A stretch of DNA of 64,000 nt from Paraspadella gotoi (taxonomy: Eukaryota > Animalia > Chaetognatha): contig CM119267.1 in assembly GCA_051294375.1 (NCBI GenBank), positions 3,778,759-3,842,758 of the forward strand, read 5' to 3'. The notes under the pieces were generated by a model that saw only the letters and a list, made by a program, of their open reading frames with translations, ran no database searches and was not told the origin of the DNA. The translations under genes were made by a program, and so were the position numbers. Below, in pieces: positions 40,168 to 52,654 of this stretch. Numbering within the stretch: position 1 is the stretch's first letter; the number at the start of each line of letters is the position of its first letter.

Positions 40168-42133
40168 CTCCTCCTCTCTCCTCCTCTCTCTCTCTTGTAG
40201 CTTGTCAAGAGGGTTAATGTTTACGACTACTATCGCAAGTTATACTAAGTGGAACTCTTTGTCTTCGGTAGAGTGAATATAGCGCTTTGTTTATTGTGTT
40301 CCTGTTGACAAACAGGGTTTGTAATACGTCTGTTGTTTGGTTGTCTGTTCTGTTTACAAGAAGCGCATATGTGCCATGTCCTATTTATTAATCTTCTCTT
40401 TCTCCCCATTTCTTTCTCTCTCTCTCCCTCCTAACTATCTATCTTATTCTTTCTCTATCTATCTATTCTATCTATCTATCTATCTATCTATATCTATTCT
40501 ATATAATATAATATTATATATATATATATTCTCTCTCTACTTCCTCTCTCTCTCCTCTCTCCTCTCCTTCTCTCTCCTCTCTCTCCCTTCTCATCTCTCT
40601 TCTCTCTCTCTCTCTCTCTTCCTCCCTCTCCGACTCGGTTTTCAAATCCGCGAATAAAGCGTTGTTTCCCATAAAAGTGAAAAAAAAAGTGAAAAAAAGT
40701 CCGAAGACGAAAATGATTTTTAAAAACTAGATCACGATGTTGTTCGAGGCGTAACACGAGGGCACATTCTCCTCTTTATCTCTCTCCCTCCTACTCTCTC
40801 CCTCTCTCTCTACTCTTCTCTCTCATCTCTCTCTCTCTTCTCGTCTCTCTCTCTCTCTCTCTCTCTCGGTCTCTCTCTCTCTCCCACTTCCATATAGATA
40901 TCCATTGGGTAAGAGTTGCACGAAAGCCACTCGTTTCTCAGATGTCTCCCAGATGCTTCTCCCAGATGTCTCCCGTGATCTTCTCACGCGCATTTTTTTT
41001 TGCAGTTGTAAACGCACGTCCGTCGTCGCCGTCGTCGTCATCAACATCATCGCCGTCGTCGTCGTCATGGTCATCATCATCGTTATCTTCGTTATCATCA
41101 TCGTCATCATCGTCGTCATCATCATCGTCATCGTTTTGTCAGTCATCATCGCCAACAAAATTGTAAATTTTCTAATGGATGACGTCACTCTCCCTTTATT
41201 TCCTTCCAAAGACTGAATTTTGTTGTTGTTGTTGTTGTTGTTGTTTTTAATAACGATGTTTTTATTTTCTCTTTGTTTTCGTTTTTTGTTGTCGTTTCTG
41301 TTTTTTATCTCCTCGTCGCCAGAGTCGTTAAAAACAATCGAAACTCCTTCCCCTCATCGTCGCTGTCCTCGTTGACGACCGACCAAAACAACAACAACAA
41401 CAACAACAACAACAAAAAACCAACCAGATAATCATCTTCATCATTGTTATAATCATCATAATCATCGTTATCATCATCATCATCAACAACAACAACAACA
41501 ACAAAAACGAAAACAGCTACAAACCAAAAAACAACAAGATAATTATCATCATGATCATCGTTATCATCATCATCATAATAATCAATGATTATTAATCATC
41601 AATGTTATCATCATCATCGTCAACATCATTAACAACAACAACAACAGCCACAAACAACAACAACAACAATTTTTCACTCTAGGACGATGAACGCGACAAT
41701 TACGCTAGACCGTCCCTCGNNNNNNNNNNGATTAGCGCTGGGCTAGGGATTGTAGCGCCCGGGGTAGGGCGGGTAGTGCCGAGGGAAAAGGGCGGAAGGA
41801 GCCCGGGGGAAAGGGCTGGCGGTGCCAGGGAATGGCTTGGTACTGGGTACGGGTAGTGCCGCTGAAGCACGGGAATTACCGGTAGCTTTCACCAGCCGAG
41901 AAGGGCGTGCTGTGCTGAGGAAACGGGCGGCGCTGTTCAAGGGGGCGCGCCGCGACGCCTCGTCGCTTTGTCGAGGGACGGGCGTCGAGCGCCGAAGGCA
42001 AAACAACCATTTAGCGGCGGAAAAAGAAATTAAAAAAAAAATAAGAGAAGAGCAATTGGGATCCAAGAGTCTCACTTCGTCTCTATTGACTTCGGCTGGA
42101 GTCGAGGAGAAACGACATGAGAATTAACAGAGC

Positions 42134-42307
42134 GAGGATGTCGGGCAAAGGCGGGCAATTGAGGCTATGGCGTTTTGGTGTGAGGATGTCGAGCTAAGGT
42201 GGGCAATTGAGGCTATGGCGTTTTGGTGTGAGGATGTCGGGCAAAGGCGGGCAATTGAGGCTATGGCGTTTTGGTGAGAGGATGTCGGGCTAAGGCGGGC
42301 AATTGAG
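42134..42307 (+). repeat. 48-bp minisatellite, ~3.6 copies
   Basis: gaggatgtcgggcaaaggcgggcaattgaggctatggcgttttggtgt at 42134, 42182, 42230 and 42278. Confidence 0.9.
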
Positions 42308-45300
42308 ATTGGGCTTGGAGGCGAAGGTGAATGGAAAAAGAAAATGGCGTGAGTCGTGAGATATCACGTCAGAAGTGAGATACTGGATGTCAGGTATCAC
42401 CTGCGATGTGAGACCAAGTGTCAGGCGTCGAGTGTCACGTGACCCATCGAGTCGTGGGAATCGGGCAAAAGTGCCAAATGCACGACTCGCTGGAGAGGGT
42501 CGAGGTGNNNNNNNNNNNNNNNNNNNNNNNNNAGAAGAGAGAGAGAAGAGAGAGAGAGGAGAGAGAAGAGAGACGAGAGAGAGAGAGAGAAACTGCTTTG
42601 AGGCGAATTTGATCCAATTCTCTCTTTTTGAATGAATGCTCCGTTTTCTGTCTCTCTCTCTCTCTGATAACCAACTTTTACTAAATCAGTCAGAATAAAC
42701 GCGTTTTCTCTCACATGTTACAATACGATCTGATTTACAAAATACGTTGTACTGACTAACAACACTCGCGTAAATAATACCGATTTATTTCTCAAAGATA
42801 AACATAGATACATTATCTGACGTCTATAATATCTTCTGCACAAGTACCTCTAACACTTCATCCGTTGATGAGCTTCTGCATTAAGTAAATATGGTTCCCT
42901 TCTCCTCTGCGTTCGTTCGAGGATCTGAGGTGCTGTTTCATCATGATCTCTCTTGTTCTAGTTCCCTACATAACTTCTCTCTTCCTCCTCCCACCTGTGC
43001 TCTTCTCCTTCTCTCTATTCTGTTGTTCTCTTCCTCCTCGTCTTTCCTTCCCTTCTCTTCACTATTATTCTACTGCGTTAACTCCTTTCTCCACTTTCCC
43101 TCCTCTTCTGTCTATCTCACCATATACACAGAGTGGATATACAAATACTACACGCCGTGATTTAGGTAAATGAACCCACACGCACTCTCACTAGCTCTCG
43201 CTAGTTAAAGATTCCGGATCCTCTTCGTGCCGTTCTTCTACTCGCACTCGTCGAGGCGTGTAAACCATACCGCGATCCATTCATATCACATATTAACTCT
43301 CCACTGCTGAGACCACCCCCTAGAATCAGATATCTATATATACCTCGCCACTGTCGCAAACATCTCTCGCACCTTGTCTCTTAGATCGGTAAAACGGAAC
43401 TCACACTCAGAAAAATAATAGAAAACACAAGAAGAACTGGGATGTCTCACAACGCGCGTTGATTCATCAAATGTTAAGTATAAGTGAAAGGTTAAACACA
43501 ACCGAACTACCTACTTTCCGCATATCCACCAAAACGATTCCCAAGCTCGTGTATATACGGACCTCTTTTCTTCTAAAAGGTGTTAAACGGTAAATATAAT
43601 ATACACACGTAATAACTCGATACTCTGGTACTAACCGGGCTCATGACGACGAATTTCCTCGCCAAAGATATCATGAGTTTACCTAGACATACATTTATAT
43701 ATATTCATATCAAAATAATAGCATTGAACATATCATCCTCGCTCACACTCACAGTGAGGGGATTTTCGGATATCCTCATGTTCTCAAAATTAGCGTATAA
43801 AAGAAGTCATAAACACTCTCTCAGCTTACCACACAACTGGTACAGTACGCAATACGTTTCTGGTGTACATAAGGATAAAGATTATGACAAGGTAGAGCTA
43901 AGGAACATTCATTAAGAAGATAACTGATGCTTCTGCACGGAGATGCGAGGAGATACGATATTTCGATGCTAGAGAGTTTCTTTTTTTACGGATGGAAGCA
44001 TATTGAGACCAGCGGTAGTAGTGTCACGATGGCGGTGTCGACGCGCACGGAAGTCTGTCACTCTTCGAACTTGGAATGTCCATTCTTTCATCTTTCACAA
44101 GACAAAGCATAGACAAACAATCTCTCCTCTCTAATTTATAGTTATGCGTGCTCGTGTGTCCGCACCTTCACGGTCGTCTACTCTTCGTTCTTCTGTCACC
44201 TCTTTAATTTAACACATCGGTCAGTCTTTGATTCCTCCATCTCATTAAAATATACATCAGCGGCTCTCGGCGGCTTATCCTCTAAGTCTAACTGCGTTAA
44301 CGCACACGTCAAGTGCCTCCTGCATTAGCAGCGATTAAATATTCGCACAACGCTCTTTATCAGATCGACTGCACAAAGAGCCACGCACGGAATTGGTTCT
44401 ATTCGATAATATGTAGTTAGACTAGTGATTTGTGAGCATGAATAACGCAGCTACAAGTTGATGAGAAATTAAATAGCGATGGCCATGAACCTGATTGCAT
44501 CAATATTGTGATCACAAGAGTCACGGACATATGCAATGAATATAATGGATTCAACAACCAACAGCATCGAAGTACAATATATCAAGAACTTGTTTTCTTA
44601 ATAACTCAGATAGAAGTGTTAATAAACGCGTATGTCATTGTCTCACTCGTCATCAGAACTCTATATGTGCTCGGACTCCGACAGTGCTTGTGGTCAATGG
44701 TGGAGAGTGTATCTATGTTTTAAACAGTCTTCTTCCTTCTCAACTCGAACGAGTCGGCATCTTGCCAATTTCTCTTTCCTTTTTACCCTTTTCATTTTTT
44801 ACCCTTTGACTTACCCTCTTCCTTACCTTCGGTCCTTTCCCTTCTCTCGACCTTTTCTCATTTCAATCAATCATAATCCCATTATGCATGAATTTAATTC
44901 ATAATCTTTAATCAAAATTCAAACAAAGCCATTTAGTTTGGCATAGAATCCACAGACTGCTGTTTTTATTTTTGTTTTTCGTGTTCATTTGTTTATTTAT
45001 CGGTTTTTTTTTCATCTTTTTCCGCGATTATCGATATTTTTTTCTCTCCAACACGCGCGCCATCTCTCGCCATCCCGCCTCGGCGTTCATGAAGAATTGT
45101 TCTTGGCGCGACGAGCCCACCTGGCACCGAAAAAAGGGGCGGCGCCGAAAATGGCGCCGCGGGAATTTGCGGCGCTGTACTCAAAAATGGCGGAAAGATA
45201 AAATTCGATTAAATTCGAGTTTTGACGAAAGAGTTGGAGGGAGGAGGGGGGGGGAAGCTTGTGAGGTCGGTCGATAGTATGTATGAACTTTATTTTGTTT

Positions 45301-45831
45301 GTATAAACTGTTAATAACCAGAACAGGGCGATTAGAATTAACACAAGAATAGAAAAAGGAAAGGAAAGGAAAGGAAAGGAAAGGAAAGGANNNNNNNNNN
45401 NNNNNNNNNNNNNNNNNNNNNNNNNNNNNNNNNNNNNNNNNNNNNNNNNNNNNNNNNNNNNNNNNNNNNNNNNNNNNNNNNNNNNNNNNNNNNNNNNNNN
45501 NNNNNNNNNNNNNNNNNNNNNNNNNNNNNNNNNNNNNNNNNNNNNNNNNNNNNNNNNNNNNNNNNNNNNNNNNNNNNNNNNNNNNNNNNNNNNNNNNNNN
45601 NNNNNNNNNNNNNNNNNNNNNNNNNNNNNNNNNNNNNNNNNNNNNNNNNNNNNNNNNNNNNNNNNNNNNNNNNNNNNAAACGAAAGGAAAGGAAAATAAA
45701 TGGGAATAAAAAAGAAGAAAAAGGCCATTTGTTCAAAAATGAAAGAATAAAATTATGAGAAAAGAAAGAGCATCAACTCTGCCTTTTGAATCTTTCATTC
45801 ATTTTCTCTAAACTGAGGATCTGAACTTGTG

Positions 45832-45891
<60 letters not shown>

Positions 45892-45937
45892 TCACAATTA
45901 TTCATGAACGAAAAGGCGAACAAAGATCAAGATTTTT

Positions 45938-46019
<82 letters not shown>

Positions 46020-46668
46020 CAAACGTTCACTGACTTTCATATTTCCATCTTAATTACCTTTTAAGCCTTTAAATAATGGAATCGCGATTGGGGAAAAAAC
46101 AGAGAAAAGAAAAGGAACGAACCCACTTTTATTTTCTTTTTTCTTTTCTTTTTTCTTTTTTTTTCTACGTCTGATTTACGAGCAGAGAAAAGAAAAGTAA
46201 AAAAAAAGAGAAGAAAATCCATGAAAATAGAAAAGTCATCATCTTTCCTCCTCTTGAACCTCGGGACCTTTTCGTTACCCCATCACCTGAGACATTCACG
46301 TCTCTCTCTCTATTTCTCTCCCTTTCACTGTCTCTCTCTCTCTCTCTTTCTCTCTCTTTAAACTCTCTTGCTTTCCCTATCTTTTTGTCTCTCTCTTTCT
46401 CTGTCTCACTTTCTCTCTTTCCCTCTCTCTTTCTCTTTCATTCTCTCTCTCCCCNNNNNNNNNNNNNNNNNNNNNNNNNNNNNNNNNNNNNNNNNNNNNN
46501 NNNNNNNNNNNNNNNNNNNNNNNNNNNNNNNNNNNNNNNNNNNNNNNNNNNNNNNNNNNNNNNNNNNNNNNNNNNNNNNNNNNNNNTCATGAATGATGAT
46601 GACTTTGAATAATTTATGCTCCTCGAAATTCCGATCGACAACAAACCATTTTTCTTTCTTTCTTTCTC

Positions 46669-46701
<33 letters not shown>

Positions 46702-46769
46702 TTTTGTCTTTCTTCGTCTTCTGTTCTTTCTTTCTTTCATCTTTCTTTCTTTTTCTTTCTTTTCTTTCT

Positions 46770-47795
46770 TTTTTAGTCGGATTCCGCATAATCGCAGATT
46801 CCGACTCTACGATTTCACTTTGTCGGTCCGTCTGTCCAGCGCACCCCAATCTTGTCGATCATTCACTTAGTCATCTCTCAGAACCCATCAATTATGATAA
46901 ATTCGTTTTCGAAACTGCTATATTTTCTATTATAAAAGGCGAATATTTTCTCTAAATATGTCGCATCAAAAGTGACATGTCGCAAGCGTGTCACAGTCGG
47001 TCACATCAGAAGGAAGATTTGGTGTGGACCCGGTCACACATGGAAGGAAGATATTGTGTGACATGTCACTCCGGTCACACTTTCTAGCCAATCAGAGAGT
47101 CGCGCATCATAAGGAAGAAATATAATTCATTCCTTTTCGTTCTTTCTTTCATTCTTCTTGTCTTTCTTTCTTTCTTTCTTTGTCTTTCTTTTTTCTTTTT
47201 TTCTTTTTTAGTCGGATCCGCATATCGCAGATTCCGACTCTACAATTCACTTTGTCGGTCCGTCTGTCCACCACCCCATCTTGTCGATCATTCACTTAGA
47301 TCTTCTCAGAACCTCAAATTATGATAAATTCGTTTTCGAAACTGCTATATTCTATTATAAAAGGCGTAATATTTTCTCTAAATATGTCGCATCAAAAGTG
47401 ACATGTCGCAAGCGTGTCACAGTCGGTCACATCAGAAGGAAGATTTGGTGTGACCGGTCACGATGGAAGGAAGATATTGTGTGACATGTCACTCACGGTC
47501 ACACTTTTCTAGCCAATCAGAGTCGCGCATCATAAGGAAGAAAATAATATTCATTCCTTTCTTTCTTTCTTTCTTTCTGTCTTTCTTTCTTTCTTTCTTT
47601 CTTTTTTTAGTCGGATCCGCATATCGCAGATTCCGACTCTACAATTCACTTTGTCGGTCCGTCTGTCCACCACCCCAATCTTGTCGATCATTCACTTAGA
47701 TCATCTCAGAACCTCAAATTATGATAAATTCGTTTTCGAAACTGCTATAGTTTTCTATTATAAAAGGCGAATATTTTCTCTAAATATGTCTTCTA
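46770..47795 (+). repeat. Tandem ~2.5 copies of a ~400-435 bp unit starting with a HINE-like head
   Basis: ttagtcggat(t)ccgcat...gcagattccgactctac...ttatgataaattcgttttcgaaactgctata starts at ~46773, ~47208 and ~47607; units are separated by (TTTC)n. Confidence 0.85.
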
Positions 47796-48979
47796 TTATA
47801 AAACGTCCTTTTTTTCTGTATTCGGGAATTGTTAAACTAATTATTTGAGATGTTTGAACCAACAATGTTAATAGACTCAATACTCATTTTGTTTTATTCA
47901 ACTTGTCATTTTTCTATTTCAAATTCAAACCCACGAAAGAAACTGATTATCCTCCTCCTCCTCTTCCTCCTTCCTATCCCTCTCCTCTTCCTTCTCCTCT
48001 TCCTCCTTGTCTTCATTTTCCCCTCATCCTTCCCCTGCTTCTCCTCATTGGTCAAAAAAATATATCTTCCCCTTCTCCTCTATCTTCTCCTCTATTCTTC
48101 CTCATTAGGCCGGAACAGGTTGAAAACTAGAAGTTCTCTCAAATAAATAATGGTTGAGTGACTGTTAGAGAATATGAAAATGAAAATAATTTTTAAAATT
48201 TAGCTTATTGATAAGCGCACGGAAGCATTTAAAGATAATTTTATTACTATTTAAAGTTTAAAATTTCTTTTTAATTTTTTAATTTTTTTTTAATAGATTC
48301 TGACAGAGCTTTAAAAGTTAGATAAAAGTAATTAATAAAACTTTTTAAATTTTTGTTGTTTTTTTAAAAATTTAAAAAAAAAAAAAAATTCAGCCAATTA
48401 TGATGATGATGAAGATTTTTTAAGGTTTTTCTATTTTTAACCAATTTATTGTCAAAATTTGAAAAAAATGTAGTACTAACTTTCATTTAACTTTTAAGAA
48501 TTCGTTTTTAAAAAATAAAATTTAGTAGTAGAATGAAAAAAAGCAATTTTTTTGAGAGAACTCGATGATATTATATCACGCATAAAATGGAGTAAAACCG
48601 AAAAGGAATAGTTTTAACGTTAACCGCGTTGGAATTCGCGATTTCAGTGATCTTTTCTTCATTTTATTTATTTTCCCTGAACAAATTTTTCGTTCGCATA
48701 CGGCGAATTCAAGAGGATGAAAAGACCTTTCAACTCGTTACTGAAATTCATGGATATGTCTTACGGTATGGCCCGCACGAAATGAGAACAGTCTTCTTGA
48801 AAATCCTTTAGAACGTATTTAGTTGTTTTTACTTTCCTTTTCGATAAAATCTATCTTTTTATCATAAATTTTAGATTCTATTGATACCGGACTCCAATAT
48901 TCTGCTGACAATGGTTTTTTAGAACTATACCTTAACAAGATGTTTGCTTTGAAGAAGTTTTTGAGTGTTTTTCTTCCTT

Positions 48980-49047
<68 letters not shown>

Positions 49048-49655
49048 TTTCACCCTACTCATCTGCTTTATCCTCCTTATTCTTACTTACTCTTTCTTAC
49101 CATAGAAATGATTTGAATTTCGAATGCAATGTTTAATAAATTAAACCAATCTCGATATTTTGTATGAATTATTTAATAAAAACCTTTTTATGCAATATTA
49201 ATTAGGAATTAATTGTTTGAAAAAAACATTGAGAAAAAAAACAATTGAGAAAAAAAAGAAAAAAAATTAATGAAAAAGAAATTTTAAAAAAACCTGAAAT
49301 TTAAAAAAACGGTAAAGAAGATTCCGAAATCTTTTTGTTTACTCGATTGCGAAAAAATATACCCCGTTTATGCGTGATGAAAAGTGTTCAATTTTGGGCC
49401 GCCTTACTCCTCATATTCCTCCTTCTACTTATTCTGCTTCAACTCCTTATCCTCTTCCTTCTTAACTTCCTCCTTCTTCTCTTCATTCTACTTCTTCGCG
49501 TCTTTCTCCTCTTCATTCTTCACTCTCTCTCTTTATCAATCCTCTTCTTCCTTCTTAACTTCCTTCTTCTTAGTTTCCTCTGCCTTCTCAACTTCCTCAT
49601 ACTACTACTTTTGCTTCTCAACTTCCTACTCCTATTGCTTCTTCCCTTCCTCCTT

Positions 49656-49748
49656 CTACTTCTCCTCACTCTCTTTCTTTTTCTTCATTTCAGTGGGCAG
49701 ATATTGATCCTTGTCCAAGGGGCTCATGTAGTTCTTTCCCACCAACAC
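49656..49748 (-). CDS. FKTN-like: Fukutin-like exon 6 (terminal)
   Basis: ctgcag| VLVGKNYMSPLDKDQYLPTEMKKKKESEEK* (TAG at 49658-49656); parallels fukutin YGKTWKIP. Confidence 0.8.
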   Translation of the reverse strand: MLVGKNYMSPLDKDQYLPTEMKKKKESEEK

Positions 49749-50354
49749 CTGCAGTAGAGCGTAGTGAAAGTTACATACGAAAATTCTAAATGTTAATTAT
49801 GAACAACATACCATGAGTGAACATTAATTTGTAAAATAAATTAATTTTATGTTCTTCAATTTTCTTAGTAGACTATATTTATATATAGTACTATCCTTCA
49901 TAATAGTCTTTTCTAAATTTTGATTGCAGATTTGAATTCCTCGTCAAAAGTTAATAAAAGAAAATATAAATAATTTTTAAAAATTATTTCATTAAGTGGG
50001 TTAAAAATTAAACAAACTATATTTAATAAATAAAATTTAAATTTTCACCTTAAAATATAGTTTTTTTTTAATGTTTGATCAAGTTAATGAAAACAATTTT
50101 AAAAAAGAGTTATATTTCCTTATATCGCCTTTTCATGACGAATCCAAATCTGCAAAAAAAATCTTACAAAAAAACTATTTTGAAATTTTCACATTTATTG
50201 CATTAGTACTAGTATAAATATGGCCTACAGCGTAAATTGTAAAATTTATTATAAATTTTTTTATACATAAATGTTCATTAGTATAATGTTGTTCGTTCCT
50301 CACTTTTAGAATTTTAATTAAAGTTAAATTTAGAATTTTTTTCTGCGCTTTAAC

Positions 50355-50655
50355 CTGCAGCCTTCTCACAATCTTCTCGTCCTCACACGGCACGTGCACC
50401 AAAAAACCATGGAGATCGGCCGAGCAGACCCGGACGGTAAGGTCGTAGGACAGAATGCCCGTCTCGTACGCGTCCGTGCCGTGGGGACGCCCCGGGGCCA
50501 CGAGCCAAATGTCGAGGGACACGCCCGAGATTCTGTAGTTGAAGAAAAATCCATTGTTGTTGTATTCGGGGAGATTCGGGTCTTTTGGTGTGACTCCGAC
50601 GTATCGGGCTTCGATGTCTGACCGCGACGCCTCGAGGCGGATCATCTCCGGATAA
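50355..50655 (-). CDS. FKTN-like: Fukutin-like exon 5
   Basis: cccag| (A)YPEMIRLE...GVSLDIWLV...VCSADLHGFLVHVPCEDEKIVRRLQ |gttaaa. Confidence 0.9.
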
Positions 50656-50676
50656 CTGGGTTTGAAAAAAGAAAAT

Positions 50677-50890
50677 GGGCCTTATTTTGCCAAAGAGCCC
50701 CCGTTTCGTTTTAAATACGGAATCACTCGAGTTTCTAGGTTTTTAGTGTTAAAGATAAGGGTTAGGATTAAGGTTAAGGATTAGGGTTGGGAGTCAGGGT
50801 CAAGTAATAAGTTAGGTTTTGGGATTAAGGCTTGGGTTTAGGGTTAGGGTTTAGGTTTTGGGTTAAATAAAAGTTTCAGGTTAAATGTTG
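50677..50890. mobile_element. MITE-like element with TTAGGG core, interrupted by the Penelope-like palindrome
   Basis: gggccttattttgccaaagagccccc TIR then ttagggttagggtttagg; family-like sequence resumes at ~51114-51140. Confidence 0.55.
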
Positions 50891-51113
50891 TTGTAATAAT
50901 CCTTTCTTTTCGTTGTTTTAAGTGTTTAGAGATTGACAAAGTTTTTGTTTGCAACGAATTTTATTTATTTAAAAACAGACATGTTTCGACTTGTTTTTTT
51001 CAAGTCTTCTTCAGCGTTTTGACCGTCAAAGCCTTGAAAAAAGAAGTCGAAACATATCTGTTTTTAAATAAATAAAATTCGTTGCAAACAAAAACTTTGT
51101 CAATCTCTTAAAT
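50891..51113 (-). mobile_element. Palindromic Penelope-like (inverted pLTR) insertion with 11-bp TSD
   Basis: ~65-bp near-perfect inverted arms (50928-50992 / 51044-51108); flanked by GTTAAATGTTG at 50880-50890 and 51114-51124; contains a hammerhead core and AATAAA. Confidence 0.7.
50971..51020 (-). ncRNA. Minimal type I hammerhead ribozyme motif
   Basis: Minus strand: aaaacg-CUGAAGA-a-GACUUG(a7)CAAGUC-GAAAC-au-GUC-uguuuu. Helix I aaaacg/uguuuu, 6-bp helix II, minimal palindromic helix III (ACAUGU). Confidence 0.7.
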
Positions 51114-51267
51114 GTTAAATGTTGAAATAAAAATCAAATAAAGAGATGATGAAACTGGTGTTACTACAGTTAGTCAAAGTTATCTCACTCACTCTTATAT
51201 TCTCTCTCTATCTCTTCTCCACTCCCTCTTGCACTCCTGCTTTTTCCTTTCCTCCACTCTTACTCAC

Positions 51268-51380
51268 GCCTCGACTCGATGGAATCCGAGAAAGTCCACA
51301 TCGTTGTCATCGGGCAAAATGCTGCACTGACGCCACCAACCGAGCAGAGTTCCGCCGTGGAGAAACGGACGAATCCGAAC
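51268..51380 (-). CDS. FKTN-like: Fukutin-like exon 4 (LicD catalytic motif)
   Basis: gtcaag| VRIRPFLHGGTLLGWWRQCSILPDDNDVDFLGFHRVE |gtgagt; GTLLG...R...P.D.DVD nucleotidyltransferase-fold signature. Confidence 0.93.
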
Positions 51381-51514
51381 CTTGACAAACCATAAATATC
51401 TATTGTTTTTAAAAAAAAAGCTTAATACCTGAAATTAATTATAACTTTAACTTTATAATTTATACCAATCAATTAAGTGATTATATTAATCAATATTTAT
51501 AATAAATATAACTC

Positions 51515-51898
51515 ATAATCCAATCCCTGATCCATATTCTTAAGCCTAAGTCTTAACCCTAACGATATCTGACCCCAAACACTAAACCTAAGTCCCTAAC
51601 TTTAATCCCTAAACCTAATAACTAATCCCTCACCTAATCCCTCACCTAATCTCTCAACTAATCCCTCACCTAATCCCTAACCTAATCTCTAACCTAATCC
51701 CTAACATAATCTCTCGCCTAATCCCTAACATAATCTCTCACCTAATCCTTAACCTAATCCCTAACCTAATTCCTAACCTAATCCATCACCTAATCCCTAA
51801 TCTAATCCCTCACCTAATCCCTAACCAAATCTTAAAAACTAAAAATTAATTTAATTCTTAATTTGAAATGGGATGCACCGATCTCGGAAAATATGGCC
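51515..51898. mobile_element. MITE-like element with expanded 12-bp (CCTAACCTAATC)n core
   Basis: ~18 copies of cct(a/c)acctaatc at ~51605-51830, ending in gggatgcaccgatctcggaaaatatggcc (TIR variant). Confidence 0.55.
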
Positions 51899-52468
51899 AA
51901 CAATAACTAGGGTAAGGTGAAAATTTAAGAATAAAAATTCAAGGGTTATATGTTGTATGTTTTGATATCACCTTTCGGTTCAGCCTCTTAGATATTATGA
52001 TTTTTCTTTAATGACTTTCTAACAGGAATGATGTGTGATATCTATTAGTAAACTAGGACAGATTGTAGTCTAACCTTGTGTTGTATAGAAGCTCCCTCTA
52101 TTTCCAGAAGACAACACTGACCTCTCCTTTCCAAAAATGAATTATTAGATATAATGATAAGCTAAAATAATTTTAAAAAGCAATATATATAATATTATAT
52201 AAATAATTAAATTTTATAGATTACTTAGTAAAGCCTTTATAAAATATAAAAATAGAAAATAGTGAAACAAGTAATTTTGCAAATTTTTATAAAATGTTAA
52301 TCTTTTTAATTAATTTTTTTTTTTTATGAAAAACGGTTTCAAAAGTTAATAAATTGGTAAAAAATAATAATAAAAAATTATAAATATATATATTTAAGCT
52401 ATTTAGTCTTGTCTTTATTTATATATTTTATTAACCTGCCTAATATTTTAAAATTAAAAGATTTTTAC

Positions 52469-52625
52469 TTTAGCCAGCAAATCTTTCACCACTGTCATAG
52501 ACCGAGCATAATTTTCTATAGTCCCATTATCAGAAAGGCGTTGTCCCTTGGGATGAAGTTCTATCTTGGAAATCCATTTGTCATCTTTTTGATCCTCGGC
52601 GTTAGTATTGTTGATGCCGTCCAAT
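52469..52625 (-). CDS. FKTN-like: Fukutin-like exon 3
   Basis: tttgag| (R)LDGINNTNAEDQKDDKWISKIELHPKGQRLSDNGTIENYARSMTVVKDLLAK |gtaaaa; phases fit both neighbours. Confidence 0.82.
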
Positions 52626-52654
52626 CTCAAATATAAATTTATTTTTTATTTTAA

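Noticed and set aside
40823-41216. Poly-Met/Thr or poly-Val/Ile ORFs
   Set aside because: (ATC)n/(GTC)n microsatellite.
42134-42307. 48-bp repeats as a CRISPR array
   Set aside because: Contiguous near-identical units with no unique spacers.
41730-44900. ORFs in GC-rich and random-looking sequence
   Set aside because: No coding or splice signal; resembles low-quality gap fill.
49372-49658. Stop-codon reassignment (TAG as sense)
   Set aside because: No in-frame TAG inside any of the 12 supported exons, and TGA/TAA occur in the same tract.
49335-49757. 140-aa poly-Leu membrane-protein ORF on + strand
   Set aside because: Antisense shadow of the fukutin-like last exon and its GAG/AAG-rich 3' region.
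51600-51830. True telomere or chromosome fusion site
   Set aside because: Short, degenerate, intronic and bounded by the MITE-like TIR.
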